DNA of 64,000 nucleotides from the NCBI GenBank assembly GCA_013265495.1, contig MU058844.1, positions 3,357,819 through 3,421,818 of the forward strand, given 5' to 3'. This DNA is from Vicugna vicugna (Eukaryota). The notes beneath the pieces were generated by a model. It made no database searches and was not told the DNA's origin. It worked only from the letters and a program-made list of their open reading frames with translations. The position numbers were made by a program, and so were the translations under genes. Below are positions 50,682-64,000 of this stretch, piece after piece. Every line of letters starts with the position of its first letter. Within the stretch, counting starts at the first letter, position 1.

Positions 50682-52027
50682 AAGATAATAATGTACTGAA
50701 GGAAAACTTTTTCAAGTGTAGAAACTATTCTTCCTTTCTGGGTAAATACTCAAACTTCTCTAAATTTTTTAGAATGCATCCTCTTTTTTTTTTTTTTTTT
50801 ATAAGAGGTACTAGGTACTTCCTTTTAACCAAGTTATAAGCTATTTATATCCAGAAATAGAATGGGCTTTGTGGTCTAGGGGAGGTTTTTTCCTGCCTTC
50901 ATATATCCTGCTGGACTTCCTGCTTGCTTTATTGTTTGTTCCGCAGCTGTGTTAGAGTGAAGCAGAAATAGACACTAACCAGCTCCGACACATGCGTATC
51001 CATGGATTTAGGCTGGATAAACAACCAATAAAATTTGTCAAGGATTTAAATATCCATGGAGGAAGTACAGAGTAATGTAAAAAGATAAATACAATAATAT
51101 CGGAGGAAAATACTACACATGAAGACGGAATTTTTCACAGTCCGGAGGGGAAGGTGTTTATCAGGCTGTAATAACATGAGTCTACTTGAAAAATATAAGA
51201 TGTTCCTCCCCCTCCAAAAAAATGTTCTCATATAGATTAAGGTCATACTGAAAACGAACAGAATACACTAATATTTTTGAGATGAGAAGTCATTACTCTT
51301 ACCTTGACTGAGAAACTGACCTAGAGGTCATGCTGTGACTGTGCCAAATTGTGGTCTTGTCCGGCTCCACGGCCATTGCTCAGTTTCATGTTCTTACCTC
51401 TCACCCAGGTGACTGCAGTAACCTCCTGTCTAGCCTCCAGCCGTTCATTCTTGCTCCAGCTCATCATTCTCACAGTCATGGTATCAGTGTGCATCGGTCA
51501 TGGCCCTTCTATCTCTGTCCTGCTTTTAAAACTTTGAGTGGCTCACTGTTGCCCACATGAAGGGAGAACTCAGTGAAGCCTGCTGTGGTCAGGAAATGAT
51601 GTCTTGTCACACAGCCTCGTTCCCATCACCTGCAGAGTTCTCATTCAGTTTCCGCTCTGATTTGTTGAAGAATCCAAAGCCAGAAAATCTTAACAGATCT
51701 TTTGTTTTTTATTTGTTTTTAATTTTTATGTATTATTTATTTTCTTAATAACTTACACACACAGGCTTTTCTTTAAAAAGAAGAAATGTATGTTTTCTCA
51801 TTTTTATTAGTATCTCTTTTTCACTTAGTATCATTTAGAGGTGTTTTAATGTAGCTGGGTTGTGTTCTTTGCTTCTCTTTGCTGCATTAGTTACTAGCAA
51901 CTAGGTATTTCTCACAGACTTATTACATAGGTAGTCTGCATAAATTAGGATGAAAAATTAATGCTCCTCTTGGCCGTGAAAACACATTACCAAGTACTTT
52001 TTTCTTTTATCTCCCTTTATTTCTTAG

Positions 52028-52177
<150 letters not shown>

Positions 52178-52806
52178 TAGCTTGTATATGTTACAATGAT
52201 TATCAGTGAGTTTATATTTTAATTTAATGCCAGGAAGTCTGGTATCTCATAGCTGAAATAGTGCCAGTTCTGATAGTTTTTGGAACTCAAACAGCAGTTA
52301 TTTTCTTTTGCTCATCTTTACACTTAATTGTACATGAACCTAGAGCCTAATATTGGTGTGGGCCTTTCACTTGAATTTTTGCCTAATCTATTGGCTGTAT
52401 GTCTCATTTTTCAAATGTTAAGCTTCTTGAGGGTGGTAAATTTAAATTGTTTGTGTAGGAAATCTGCATTTATTTGAAATGATCAAAAGTCGTTCAGAGC
52501 CAGACTTGTTGAATAAAGTGGATGATAAAGCCTAAAACATGATTTTGGGCATTGGGGGGGAAAAAAAAGAGAGGACTTTAAGGAATAAGGTATTTTCTTA
52601 ATATGAATTTTAACATGGACATAAAGGCAATTCGAAATGCTAAATCTCTCCCTACCACCCTTAAAAAAAAGGTGTAGTAACATTGTTGGAATATATATAT
52701 AGCCTTCCTGAGTATTTTGAGAGACAATTCTATATGTTAATTTTTTAAAAATCACTTCTGCCTGTACATGCAAATCAGTAATTGCGAACCTGATCAATTT
52801 TCATAG

Positions 52807-52959
52807 GTCTTATTATGGAGGACTAACTTTGATGAACTGACTTGTAAAGATATTTTTAAAAGAAACCTCAAAAGATTGCACTTTGATTCACCACCACATC
52901 TTCTTGATATCTACCCAAGAACACCACATCCCCATGAGCGAAAAGTTGAAACTGTTGAA
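52807..52959 (+). CDS. POC1B: POC1B exon 9 ([14 protein letters not shown]...ERKVETVE)
   Basis: Acceptor aatttttcatag, donor gtgagt, 153 nt; ends the last WD40 repeat (VLLWRTNF). Confidence 0.95.
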
Positions 52960-55900
52960 GTGAGTACCTTGTGCATATTTGTCCTACCATTTGTAAGTGC
53001 ACACTTGGGAGCTATTGGTCAACTTAGATGCTTGAAATTATACTTAATTCTATAAAATCTAGTCCTGCTTTAAGACAGCAGCACTTCAAGAAACAATTAC
53101 TTTTACTAATAAAATAAAACCATAAATAGGATAGTGTGTAACAGTACTAAAGCCTCTCATATGTGCTTCTTGAAGACTTAGAAATAAAACTTTAAAAATA
53201 TGTTAATGATAATGGGAAATGAGAAATTAAATCTAAGGCTTCTGGTGACTGTAAAGGCTGGGCGAGCTTCAGATTCTAGACGTGTTGAGGGAGCTCATGT
53301 GATGGCTGTCATGAGAAAGGGCTGAGGGACAAGAATTTTTATAACAGTTACTGAAATAGGTAGGTTGAAGCCCTTTTATAACAACAAAAAAAATCTCATG
53401 GACAGTGAAAAGAAGAGATTTAAGCATTGAACCTAATAATCGGGGCTGTTTTACTGTTTTCCAACATATATTTTCAAATATATTAGTATCTACTTAGCTC
53501 TAAATTTTTGTTGACAAGTTCCCTTAGGTCCTATAGATTTAAATGTTCTACTCCCTTCGAAGAAAAAATTCATCTTTTCTGGATACTTAGCTGGTCTTAT
53601 TCTATTTCTTAGCATTGTGCTTGATTCTTCTTAAATTCTTCTCTCTCAGCAAGAGCTGCTATCAGGAAATCACTATTATCTATTCATCTGAAATCTTTCC
53701 CCGTCATTGGCAAAGTCTTTCTTTGCTTTTAGAGTAGATATTTTGAATTCTTAAGACATCATTTCTAAGTGGCAGTTTACAGCCGCCTCCTGCTTGTTAT
53801 TCATGCTGTGGTTCCAGACTACCTTCTGTGGCCTCTGGGTCCCTCACCCCATGTCAGTTCTTTAATTTTGGTTTGCATGGTCTTGGTCTTTTCTGTTACC
53901 TCAGGCATTTCTGTTAGTCTCAGGGTGTGTGCACGCAAGTACATAAGTTTAAGTTTTTATAACTTTTAAACCTTTTGGACTGTTTTCTAGATTTTTTTTA
54001 ACCTAGCCACATTTTGGAGAGTTCTTTCCTTGTTTTTCCATGATGGTGTTTATTTTCAGTTCTTTGCTATAATTTTTATCCTTTCTAACTTCCGATCATC
54101 TTTCCATATCCTCTAAAGTGTTTACCTTTGTTACTTTACTACTTCTTCGTGCCACTGATTGTATTACTGTTTTTCCCTTTTGATTTCTTTGAAAGAAAGA
54201 ACGTAATGCAATTTGTTTTTGGTTCATCACATTTTTCTTTCAGTTTGTGCAATTGTAGATGCATTTGTTGATCCCCTGTGAGCGTATGCATCACATAAAA
54301 TGTATGTGAAATGTATTTTAAATTGACTTGAGTTTCCTTTTCTTGTTTTACCCAAGCTGGCTTTATTGGCTCGTGATGTTTTTTATTCTAGTGTTTCTGT
54401 GGCTCAGCTGGGAGTGATCATTGCTGCTGCCCTCTCGCCGGCTCAGCCGCCTCCCTTTCCAGAGTTGAGGGTGGCAGAGCTGCAGGCTGAGCCCAGTCTC
54501 CTTACTCCTAACTCAGTGATGCTTCCATGACATCACGCCGCCTCAGTGCTAAGAGCTCAGCCGTCTTCTCTGTGCTTTACTCTCAGCCCCAGCCCACTTA
54601 AGAGTGTTAGGCTTTCTTTAAAATGTCAACAAGTTGTCTGAGGAACTCTGCTCTGACAGTGCCGCCAGAAAGCAGTAAAACCAGCTGGGTTGCTGAGTGT
54701 GACTAGGTCAGGATGACCCAGGCCATGCAAAGCCACTCTCCACCCATTTTTCACATATACACTTAAAAAATCTCCTAAAAACTGGCTTTTCATCTTGGAA
54801 TTACAATTCAGTTACACTGTACAGATTGATGAGCACTGTGACTAAATAAGGTTTGTTGCCTTAAGAAAGTCAGCCTCTGTGTACGGTTTAAATTATCTGT
54901 AAGCTCATACATACTTACTGAATGGGGATAGAAGTAAAGTTATAGTAGCAATTGTAGTCTCTATCATTTATCTACCTAGAAACATTTTAGAAAATGGCAC
55001 TTCTGGGAAAACAGATGTCAGAATATATAATTCAGTTTCTAATCCTAGGGGATCAGAGACCAATTCATAAAGAGTTGTTAATCCATTTCTTTCCCTTTTC
55101 TTTGTTACGAAAGATGATTAGGGGGAACTAATGCTCTGTCTTCCTAAGCTTAAACAAGTAATTATGATTTGCCACTCTAAATATGGCTCGTAAAAATGAG
55201 AGTGTTGAGAGAATGTCCTTGGAGAGTATGTAGATTTTACACACAGACGGTCTTTACAACTCCACTTTCTGTTTTTAGCATATTTAGCAAAAGGCTTGGT
55301 ACTTACTGGATGCCCAGTAAGTAACAGTATTTATTGAACACTTACTAAATATCAGCTACTACATTACATTTACTGTATACTTGAATTAAGTATACTATAT
55401 GACTTAAATTGGTCAAAATTCAGATTTTGTGATATAAAATGCAGAGAAGTGATAGGATTCTGCATATGAACAACCAACTATTCTTTTTTTTTTCTTAAAA
55501 ATCTCTTACAATAAAGCATGAGTGTAAAGTTTTCTGGACAGAGACCATCTTTAATATTATGAATGAATAATTGTTAAATATCAAATTATTTTTAAAGACT
55601 TCAAATGAATGTCAGGTAATCCCTCCCAGAGCCAAAAGACTCTTAATTTTAAAATATCACTTAGAATAGAATAGTATGAATCAGAAGTTGTATTGTGTTC
55701 ATTTAAGATGAGCAAATTTTACTTTGAAATACTAAATTTGATAGATAGATTTTTTTCCAAAGCTTTAGGCAAGGTCAGTTTTCATACATTACTTTGGAAA
55801 TGTCTGGAAACTAGCAAAACTTTTTTTTTTTTTGAGGTCAGAGTTCCTGATTAAAAGAGTAAAAACATATTCCTAGATGAGGTGAAATCAGTGGCATCTA

Positions 55901-58889
55901 AGTGACCTAATTTCCCTGACTTCTCTTTTTGCAGTAACCACGAATGTTTCATTTCTGGGTTTGAAGTAACATAACATTCCTATGATTTGTATTTTCTGTG
56001 TTCTCTGTGAGGCTCAAATATTTGAATTGCATACTCTTCAGTCTTCTGAGTGAGACTGTTTGGACTTTTGCAAAAACCACCCACTTGCCAGCCTTCAGGG
56101 TACCTCTTGTTTGAAGGTGAGGAATCCTGCGTAGTGTTAGACCTTGGATACCCGCTGACTGCATTTATAAACTACTGCTTCCTGCATGGAGAGAGTGGGT
56201 GATAGGCAGTTTGCTCTTGGAACAAGTGAGAGAAGAAGGCATGAAGCATGAAGTCTTTCCCTTCACCATGTCAGACAGACCTCTCTTCCGTCCCTTCTGT
56301 TCATCTGACTGCAGAGCCTGTGCGCCGCGCCTAGCCTGGGCACTCTGTCTTAGTTAAAACAAAAGGGCTACTTCTTTCTTTTCTGGGTGGGACAGAAGCC
56401 CATTTTTAAAATAAGCTATCTTAACCCTGCCTGTGTTGCACAATGTCACATCACTAATTTATGCTGACTTCGTCGTCTTCAGACTGTCACAAGCTGAGCT
56501 GCACGTCCAGCCCCTAGACAAGAGCAAACGTTGCTTCTTGAAGGAGGAACTAAAACTTAATGTGTGTGTCTGACACTTTTCTCCCGAGCAGTGCCCTGCT
56601 CTTTTGCTTATTTCGGTGGGAAGATGTAGAGCCGTGCTAAGGGATGCTGGTAGATCTTGGTAACAGAAGGGGGTCGAAGTAGCTATTCCAGGATAATTGC
56701 AGAAGATAGTAAGTAGGGGTCATGGTTAGTTATTTGAGAAGAATTTGTTAATGTTTTGATGGTTTCTAGTTCTATAATGGCCAGGTGAGATTGCCTTAAT
56801 CTACAAATTGCATAGGAAATGCTGTACAATATTGAGCAGGAAGGAAAACTTCCTTTAACTTAACTAAATATTTATATAATAATATTTTGTGGTAGTCTGG
56901 CCGTGATTTATAGTTGAAAACTACAGGTGATCAGTTTAAATCTTGGAGCCTGAGATTGGGTCTTTATCTTAACCTTCTATTAGGGTTGAAACATTATTAT
57001 TTATGATTAAAAAATGACCACTCTTCTACCAATTTTGTATTTTAGTTTTAGCCGTGGTATATGTTGTTTTGGGCCTCAAAAAATGTTTTTCAGAGATTAC
57101 CTAATAATAACAATAGCAGTAGTAATAATAATAATACCTAACATGTGCAACATTATTCTAATTACCTTACATAAATTAAGTCATTAAATCTTCCTTAAAA
57201 CTATAGAGTAAGTACCATTTTTATCCCATGAGAAATTGAGGCACATGTAAGTTAAATCTTAAAGCTAGTAAGTGGCAACTTGAGAGTTTCAGCCTCGTCA
57301 CTCTGGTTCTATTCTGTACATTTAACTATTTCGATGCAGTACTTTAATAGAATCAAAATTTAACTTCAACCTGTTAAAGGATAATAAGTATCTATGTGCT
57401 AGATACTGCACTGGAACAAGACAGGCAGATTTCTTGCCCTTCAGAATTTGTTAGTGGCAGAGTTTGTACTCATGGACTTCTCAGTTTGTGGATGTACCAG
57501 AACTTCAAAGTGGAATGGTACCTGTGAAGTCATATATACTAACCCTTCCTCGTGCATGAATCCCTTATTCAGTGATGGAGAACTCAGCCTCTCATAAGGC
57601 AGCCTACTCCACTTCAAGGCAACTGCAGTTATTGAAGGGCTCTTTCCTTTAATAAAAGTGGAAAGCTAAAAGGTACTGTTAATATTCACGGAGGTGAGCT
57701 TGCAAAGAACTTAACCGTGTCACTGCCTCAGCATTTTTTCTTCATGGAGAAGTCTATAAGCTTAGTGAGAATTTTCTGCTCCATTTAATGCCTGTGGCAG
57801 CAGCTTGCAGCAAAATATAGAAAAATATTGTTGCATCAAGACTTGCCCAGCTTGTAGGACCTCAAGGATTTCTCCATGAGAGTTGCCAACCATTTCCATG
57901 TGATTTAGATTTTTCTGAGTAGTTGCAGTTTCAGATGGCAAACCAGATTGTATTTTTCATTGGTAAACAATTCTAAATGATTATAAATCAATAAAAAATG
58001 TTAAAAAAAATTTCTGTATCTACACTAGGTGGCAGTAGATAAAAGAGAATAACATGTCTGCAAGCAGTCTTTTGGAACACCTAGCCCAAGACTGAAAGGA
58101 AAGTGAGTCAGCCTCAACTCTGGCTGATCAGAAGGAGGCTGTGCCATCTGCTCTATGGAATGGCCAGAATGAAAGAAAGGTGTTGGCCTGTTGGCCGACT
58201 GAGCAGATAGCCCTCCATTCTCACCCTGCACGATTCTAATTCCTTCTTCACTGCAGCGTGGGTGTTGTTGGGCTCCTACACCTCTGCCTCTAATACAGTT
58301 GGCTGGATCTATGTAAAAGCTTCTTAATACTTCCAAAACTACAGCTGTATGCCTCAAACTTGATAAGTGCTTTTGAAATCATTCCACTCCTCTTCCCATA
58401 GGCTCAGCCCTTAACCACCACAGTCCCTGCAATCTTGTCCTCGGTATTACCCTACTTTAATCTCGATACAGGCTAATCTTTCTAAAGCACATTCTAGCCT
58501 CCAGCTTTTCTGTGCCTTCCCAGATTCCTTCACTGCTCACAATTTGACCCTTGCCACCCTCTCACCCTGCGCAGAAGTATTCTGCCTCTGTGCTCAGGAT
58601 TGCATGGAACCTCATTGCTGTCCCTCTGTTTTTGTCTTCTAAACCTGTTTTAAAGGAGCCTTCTTAAGTTCTGTGTCTTCCCTGGGAAGGCTTTCTCACT
58701 AAGTGCTCAGTCAACAGTTTCTTCTTTGAGGTTCGCCAAGACACATTGTTGGGAACTGTTTATTTGATATCAAGTTCTGCTATCTTTTGTGGCCCTTTGT
58801 TGATTTCTTTGTATTCATAATGTTTAGTAAATAACTAGTGATCACGTGGTCTCTTTTTTTCTTTTGGTCTTTCTGAATTCTGAAATGAC

Positions 58890-60440
58890 TTCCCTCAGAA
58901 GTAGTCACCATTCTAGTTAACTATTCCTTTGCTTTTCTTTTTAATTTTACTATATATGTTAGAATCAATAATTAGATGTTACTTCATTTTGGAAGGTTTT
59001 AAACTTTATATAAATGGAATCACACTGCATATGTGTTTTTCTATAGCCTACTTTTCACTTAACATTAAAATCCTGAGATTCGTATGTATGGATTCTGAAT
59101 TCATACATTCATATGTTGTTTGCACGTAGTCATATTTCATTCGTTTTCACTGAGGTATAGGATTCTGATGAATTTACTACAGTAGTAATTCCCATGATTT
59201 ATGTATTCCACGCTGACAAACATTTGGGGGATTCTGATTGTTGTTTGTTTTTGCCATTACAATGTTGCTCTAACAATATCAGCATCGAGCTTTCTAGATT
59301 TTCCAGTCTACTGGGTGTTAAGTGGTACTTTGCTTTAATCTTCCCTTTTCTAATTATTACAGATGTTTCTGAAAATCTCTTTATATGCTAGTTAAATGTT
59401 AGGTTTTCTATAATTTTTTCTTAGGATTGCTGTTCTTTTCACATTGCTTTTTAGGTTTTTTTTTTTACATATTTTCGATATTTGTCCTTTTTCATTTTTA
59501 GACATCATAGTATCTCCTCGTGTTCCATTATCTGATTGTTGACTTTATAGTATCTGTTGTTAAACAGAAATCGTTAATTTTGGAGTAATCAGACAGATCA
59601 ATTTTTTTTTTTGTCTTATGGTTTTACTTTTGCACCTTATAAGATGCCCTTCTCCACCCCAGGTTACAGAGATATTTTTATACATTTACTTCTGTTAACT
59701 TTATAGTTTTCACGTAACATTTAGATTTCTCATTTATCTGCTGTCTGTTTTTGTGTGTAATATTAGGCAGAGATCCATCTAATGACCCAGTTTTCTCAGG
59801 TACAAATCATCCTTCTTCTGTTGATCTGTGACACCATTTTTCTTTTGTATTTGTTTTTTATATAGACGGGGCTCTGCTTCTGAGCTCTTTATGGTATAGC
59901 TGTCTGTTTGTTTAAGCCTTCTTTAACGTCTTTACGTGAGTTTTATTATTTTTTCCCATAAACGTCTTATGCATCTTTGTTGTATTCTGATGTATTTTAA
60001 ATTTTTATTGTATTATAAGTGATGAATTTTTAAAATTTGCATTTTTTTTTTTTACTGTGTGTGGAAGTGCAAACATGCAGTTGTTTTTGTATACTGGTTT
60101 GAGATCTTATTACTTTTAATGATATAGCAGTAGATCCTTTGGGGATTTCTTTATAAGATAGTTATATATGAATGACGATTTTATTTCTTCTGTTCTAATT
60201 CTTACATCTTAACACTTTTATTTCCTTTTCTTGTCTTAATGAACTGGCTAGGATTTTTTTCTGCATCTTTTGAGGTGGGTCATTTTATTTTATTTTTAAA
60301 ATCCCTTTATAGATGAATCCCATTGATTTTCTAATGTAGAAACATTTTTTTTTCCCCTGGGAAAATTTCAGTTTGGTCCTGATGATCTTTTCTTATATAT
60401 TGATTTGATAAACTAATATCTTATTTAAAATTTTTATATT
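58890..60440 (-). mobile_element. Old L1 (L1ME-like) fragments, antisense
   Basis: aactttatataaatggaatcacactg...ttttcacttaacatt and gaactggctagga motifs; highly degenerate. Confidence 0.6.
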
Positions 60441-60571
60441 CATGTCATTGAATGTACCAATATATTTCAGTTTTAGAATATATTAGGAAATACCTCTAAA
60501 TTGTTACAAATGGCATGCAGTTTCTTATGGTATAAAAATCTAATTTTAGCTTTTTTAATATATATACACAG

Positions 60572-60652
60572 ATTAATCCAAAGCTTGATGTAATCGATTT
60601 GCAGACCTCCACTCCCCCTGTTGTGGACATCCTTTCTTTTGATTCTACCACA
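60572..60652 (+). CDS. POC1B: POC1B exon 10 ([27 protein letters not shown])
   Basis: Acceptor tatatacacag, donor gtaagt, 81 nt; matches the POC1B linker as I recall it (INPKLEVIDLQISTPP). Confidence 0.92.
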
Positions 60653-62244
60653 GTAAGTTTCCTTTGGCATTTAAATGGTATTTAATTGTTTGGCACAATT
60701 CATTTTCCTTAAAAATTGTGTGGGAGAGGAGATTAAAAAACAGGCTAAGTTGCCTTAACATCTTAACACAGAAAAAACTTTGTACAAGTCATACTTACAA
60801 TGTGTCTAAATGGCCACAAGGGGGAGCAGCACCAGTTTTAGAAAAGTTTTAATTTGATGACTTTCAATCTAATCCACATTCACTGTCTCATCTCCTATTA
60901 GGGTGCCGCCCACATGACACTCCACTTGCTGTCACAGAACAGATTCCTTCTTTGGTAATTGCCTTTCAGAGGTGCTAAACTTACTTCTGGTCTCATTAGA
61001 AGGTGTAATCAAAGTAGCCATTTCCCTTTGTTCATCTCTCTTGATGGATGATGCAGAAATTAAGAAGTACTTCTAACACATGCAATTTTGTTTTTAAAAA
61101 ATTGCATACATATAGTTTATTTACTAAATGTGTCCAAAGTCTTCACAAATTGAGACTTTTAGCCTTTCCGTTTGAGACTGCTTAATCTTTGCAAGGCAGG
61201 TCACTTCTGCTGTCAGCTCTGCTAGTCAGGGCAAAAACAGTCATGAAAACAAATGGGAGGAGTGGCGTGGTCTTTGGCAACACTACTGTGATGATGTCAG
61301 TATAGTTAAATGTTTGGGGTAAATTAACACGTGGCCAGAAAAAACAAACACTTGACGTTACATTACAAACTCTCCACTAGATCTCAAGAATTATACCTAT
61401 TGTAAAGAAATTCTGCAGAGGACTAGTCTATCTTCAGTCTGTCTTGTATCAGGAAGATGTCTGCTTATTAAAGGGTCTTTTCAGTGTTAGTCCCATGGCG
61501 CAGAAGACTCCTAGGTCACTCATGAGAAGTTCCAGAGGCAGGAAGTCAGCTGGAGGGTCAACCTAGGGACTGATTGTCAAAGAAGTCCAGGAATCATTGG
61601 TGACAACTGGAACTTCAAGTGGGTCTGTGGCCTTGTCTGTTACAACGTTCATGTTTGTAAAATAACCCTATGAGCATTCCTGCATTAATAACTTACTTAC
61701 AACATTAAAAATTAACTAGACACTGAATTCTTGCCACAGTTCTTACCTTATAGTAGGTGCTCAACATATTTATGGTTCAGTGAATTACCCGAAAGGCATG
61801 CTGTTGGAATGTACAAATTCTGGTGAGTTGGATTTTTCTGTCCCGGAGCTGCTTTCTTGTGAGGTAGTCTTCAGGCTTAATTGCATGTTTCTGGACTGGA
61901 GGATATCAGAGATCATCAGAAACCTTAGGTCCATGCTTTGAGACTCACTCTCCCTGCTGGTGCCCTTCCAAGTTTGCAAAGCCTCATGACCCGAGGATTC
62001 CAAGTGTTCTTGATAGTGTGCTATGGAGGTGGGCATACTTGTCACCTAGCATGTGATGGCAGGATGTCTTTCCCTGGGTGGGGATGCAGACGTTCCAGAG
62101 TCAGTGTGTCTAAGTCACAGGGCCCTAACTCAGAAGTACAGTATGTGGGACTTTGAGAAGACAGAGCATTGACAAGTGTGCAGTTGTGCTACAGAAAAGG
62201 ATAATAAGACTGAAAAATACAGTTGTTCTTCACATAAGGAATAA

Positions 62245-62325
62245 TATTAGGCTGAATTATGTGAAATTGCCACTATGTAGGCAAAACAGTCTAATATCAA
62301 TGATTTCCCATGGTTCAACCCAATA
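62245..62325. mobile_element. MADE2 mariner MITE (about 80 bp)
   Basis: TIRs tattaggctgaattatgtgaaattg ... gatttcccatggttcaacccaata. Confidence 0.75.
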
Positions 62326-64000
62326 TATAAGCATTAAAAGACTCCACTGTTATTTGAAGTTGTGTGCTTGATGCTACATAAAAACAAAACAAACAAGAAA
62401 ACACAGACAAAAGCTTGTTTGCTGTAAATTGGTTTGGGATTAGGCTGCTGAAGTCCCAGCTAGGTAGATTTGTTTAAAATCTGGAAGATAGCTGCTTACT
62501 TCCAGGCAAGCTAAAGACTCCGGATTTTGTTTATTTTACTAACACATTTTCTGAAGACATATGTGCTCATAAAGCATTTAGATTTTTATGAGGAATATCT
62601 TTAAAGTGCTTTCCTTTATATTTTCAAAGTATGTATCTTCCTTTTAGCCCATTGGGTTAGAAAACTAAAGTGAAGTCACTATAATTATTTGCCTTTCCAT
62701 TAATCTAGTGGTAAGTAATTCTTAATCTGTAATCTCCTCTATATATTGGCTACTTTTCTTTTGCGTCTGCATGACAAATCAGACATAATTGTAAAGGAGA
62801 TTTGTTTCTATTCTGGCATGAAGCACTATTGTGGTGTGAACTTTGCACATGATTATAATTTAAAAACCTAGTGAAATATTGGAAGCCAAAAAAAGCAGTG
62901 TTTGAAGGTGGTTTGGGTTTTTGTTATTGTGGTTACTGTTTATTTTGGGGGATCGTTTGTTTAGTTTTTGTAGACTGGAAGAGTGTTTCCTTAAAAATGC
63001 ATTTTCATCAAATGAGATATAAAAAGGTTACTCTTCAAACCTTATTTTGTGAAATTTCTTAGTAGGAGAAAAGCAGATTTGTTTCGGTGTAAGAAATAGT
63101 TGGCTTCTACTCCTGTTTTGACTTGATTTAATATTATATTCAGGATGATTTATAGGTTAGAGTGTACTGCTGTCTTGTCTGTGCTCTGAGGCCTTCCTAC
63201 TACAGAGGAGAAATGATGGCATACAAACAGTTGGTGTCTTCAAGGCTTGCACTTGTGTCTCTCCTGCCAGGCAGGAAATTTGATACAATATTTCAGGATC
63301 AAAATAAGCTGTTGCCAATCTGTATTTTAAAAGCTATGTTGTAAAAAAATGTTTCTGTAACGGGATAGATACACTGGCTGTCACGTAGACATAGTTTTAA
63401 AATGTTGATCTCAGATTTCTGAGTCTTTATTCCAATTACATTGTCACTTGTCATATCCTGATTTTTTAAATATTATTTAGTTCAAGATTCCCATTGAGTC
63501 TTTTACTATTTTCATTTATTCTGTTAGAAACAGACCAAGGTTTTGTCATCAAAATTGTAAGAGGGCATTTAGCATTAGCATTGACATGTGACACGGCTAC
63601 GTGGGGTGTTCCAGATCCTCCCGCATCCTCAGCCCTTCTCCCCTAGAAGGCAAGCAAGACTGGAATTTCTCTTCTGTATCTTAATATGAAGTATTAAAAA
63701 AAAAATCCTGGCTAAACAAAATTTGTTTAAAATACTCAAGGATTATTAAAGTTGTTATTTTTAGGTAAATATATTCCTAAATTTTGATGTATTTTACTAT
63801 TATTTATCCCACAAATGAACAAAATGAAGTTGACAATCTTGCTAGTATCCTTCTGATTGACTGTCAGAACACTGGGCTCTTCTCAGAGAGCAAGAGGAGT
63901 ACTCTTGTACTCATTCTGGCAACTGTGTAGGTGATGGACATGCCTTTCTTTAGGATTGGGACAGTTTTCAGGTTAAACTAATTCTTCACAATAAACTGAG

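Overview
Mammalian genomic DNA containing the POC1B/GALNT4 nested locus. The repeat content suggests Cetartiodactyla, possibly a camelid: there is an artiodactyl-type L1 3' end and I saw no primate Alu, pig PRE or ruminant Bov SINEs. A CpG island (~6.2-8.2 kb) holds the start of the + strand centriolar WD40 gene POC1B. Coding exons 1-10 (1113 nt, 371 codons, all GT-AG and in frame) run from 6627 to 60652, and the last exons lie beyond the window. The intronless 582-aa polypeptide GalNAc-transferase GALNT4 (7969-9717) sits on the same strand inside POC1B intron 2. The rest is intronic or intergenic DNA with L1, L2, MIR, MaLR, an ERV1-type solo LTR and DNA-transposon remnants. The most notable observations are: (1) an in-frame splice acceptor at the end of the GALNT4 signal-anchor coding region that would give a 575-aa POC1B-GALNT4 chimera without a membrane anchor (a read-through of this kind is annotated in human); (2) a 123-bp inverted duplication with 119/123 identity upstream of POC1B exon 3; (3) a GC-enriched MER5 remnant inside the CpG island. 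I found no evidence for a wholly new gene system. The many short ORFs in the track are not supported as genes.
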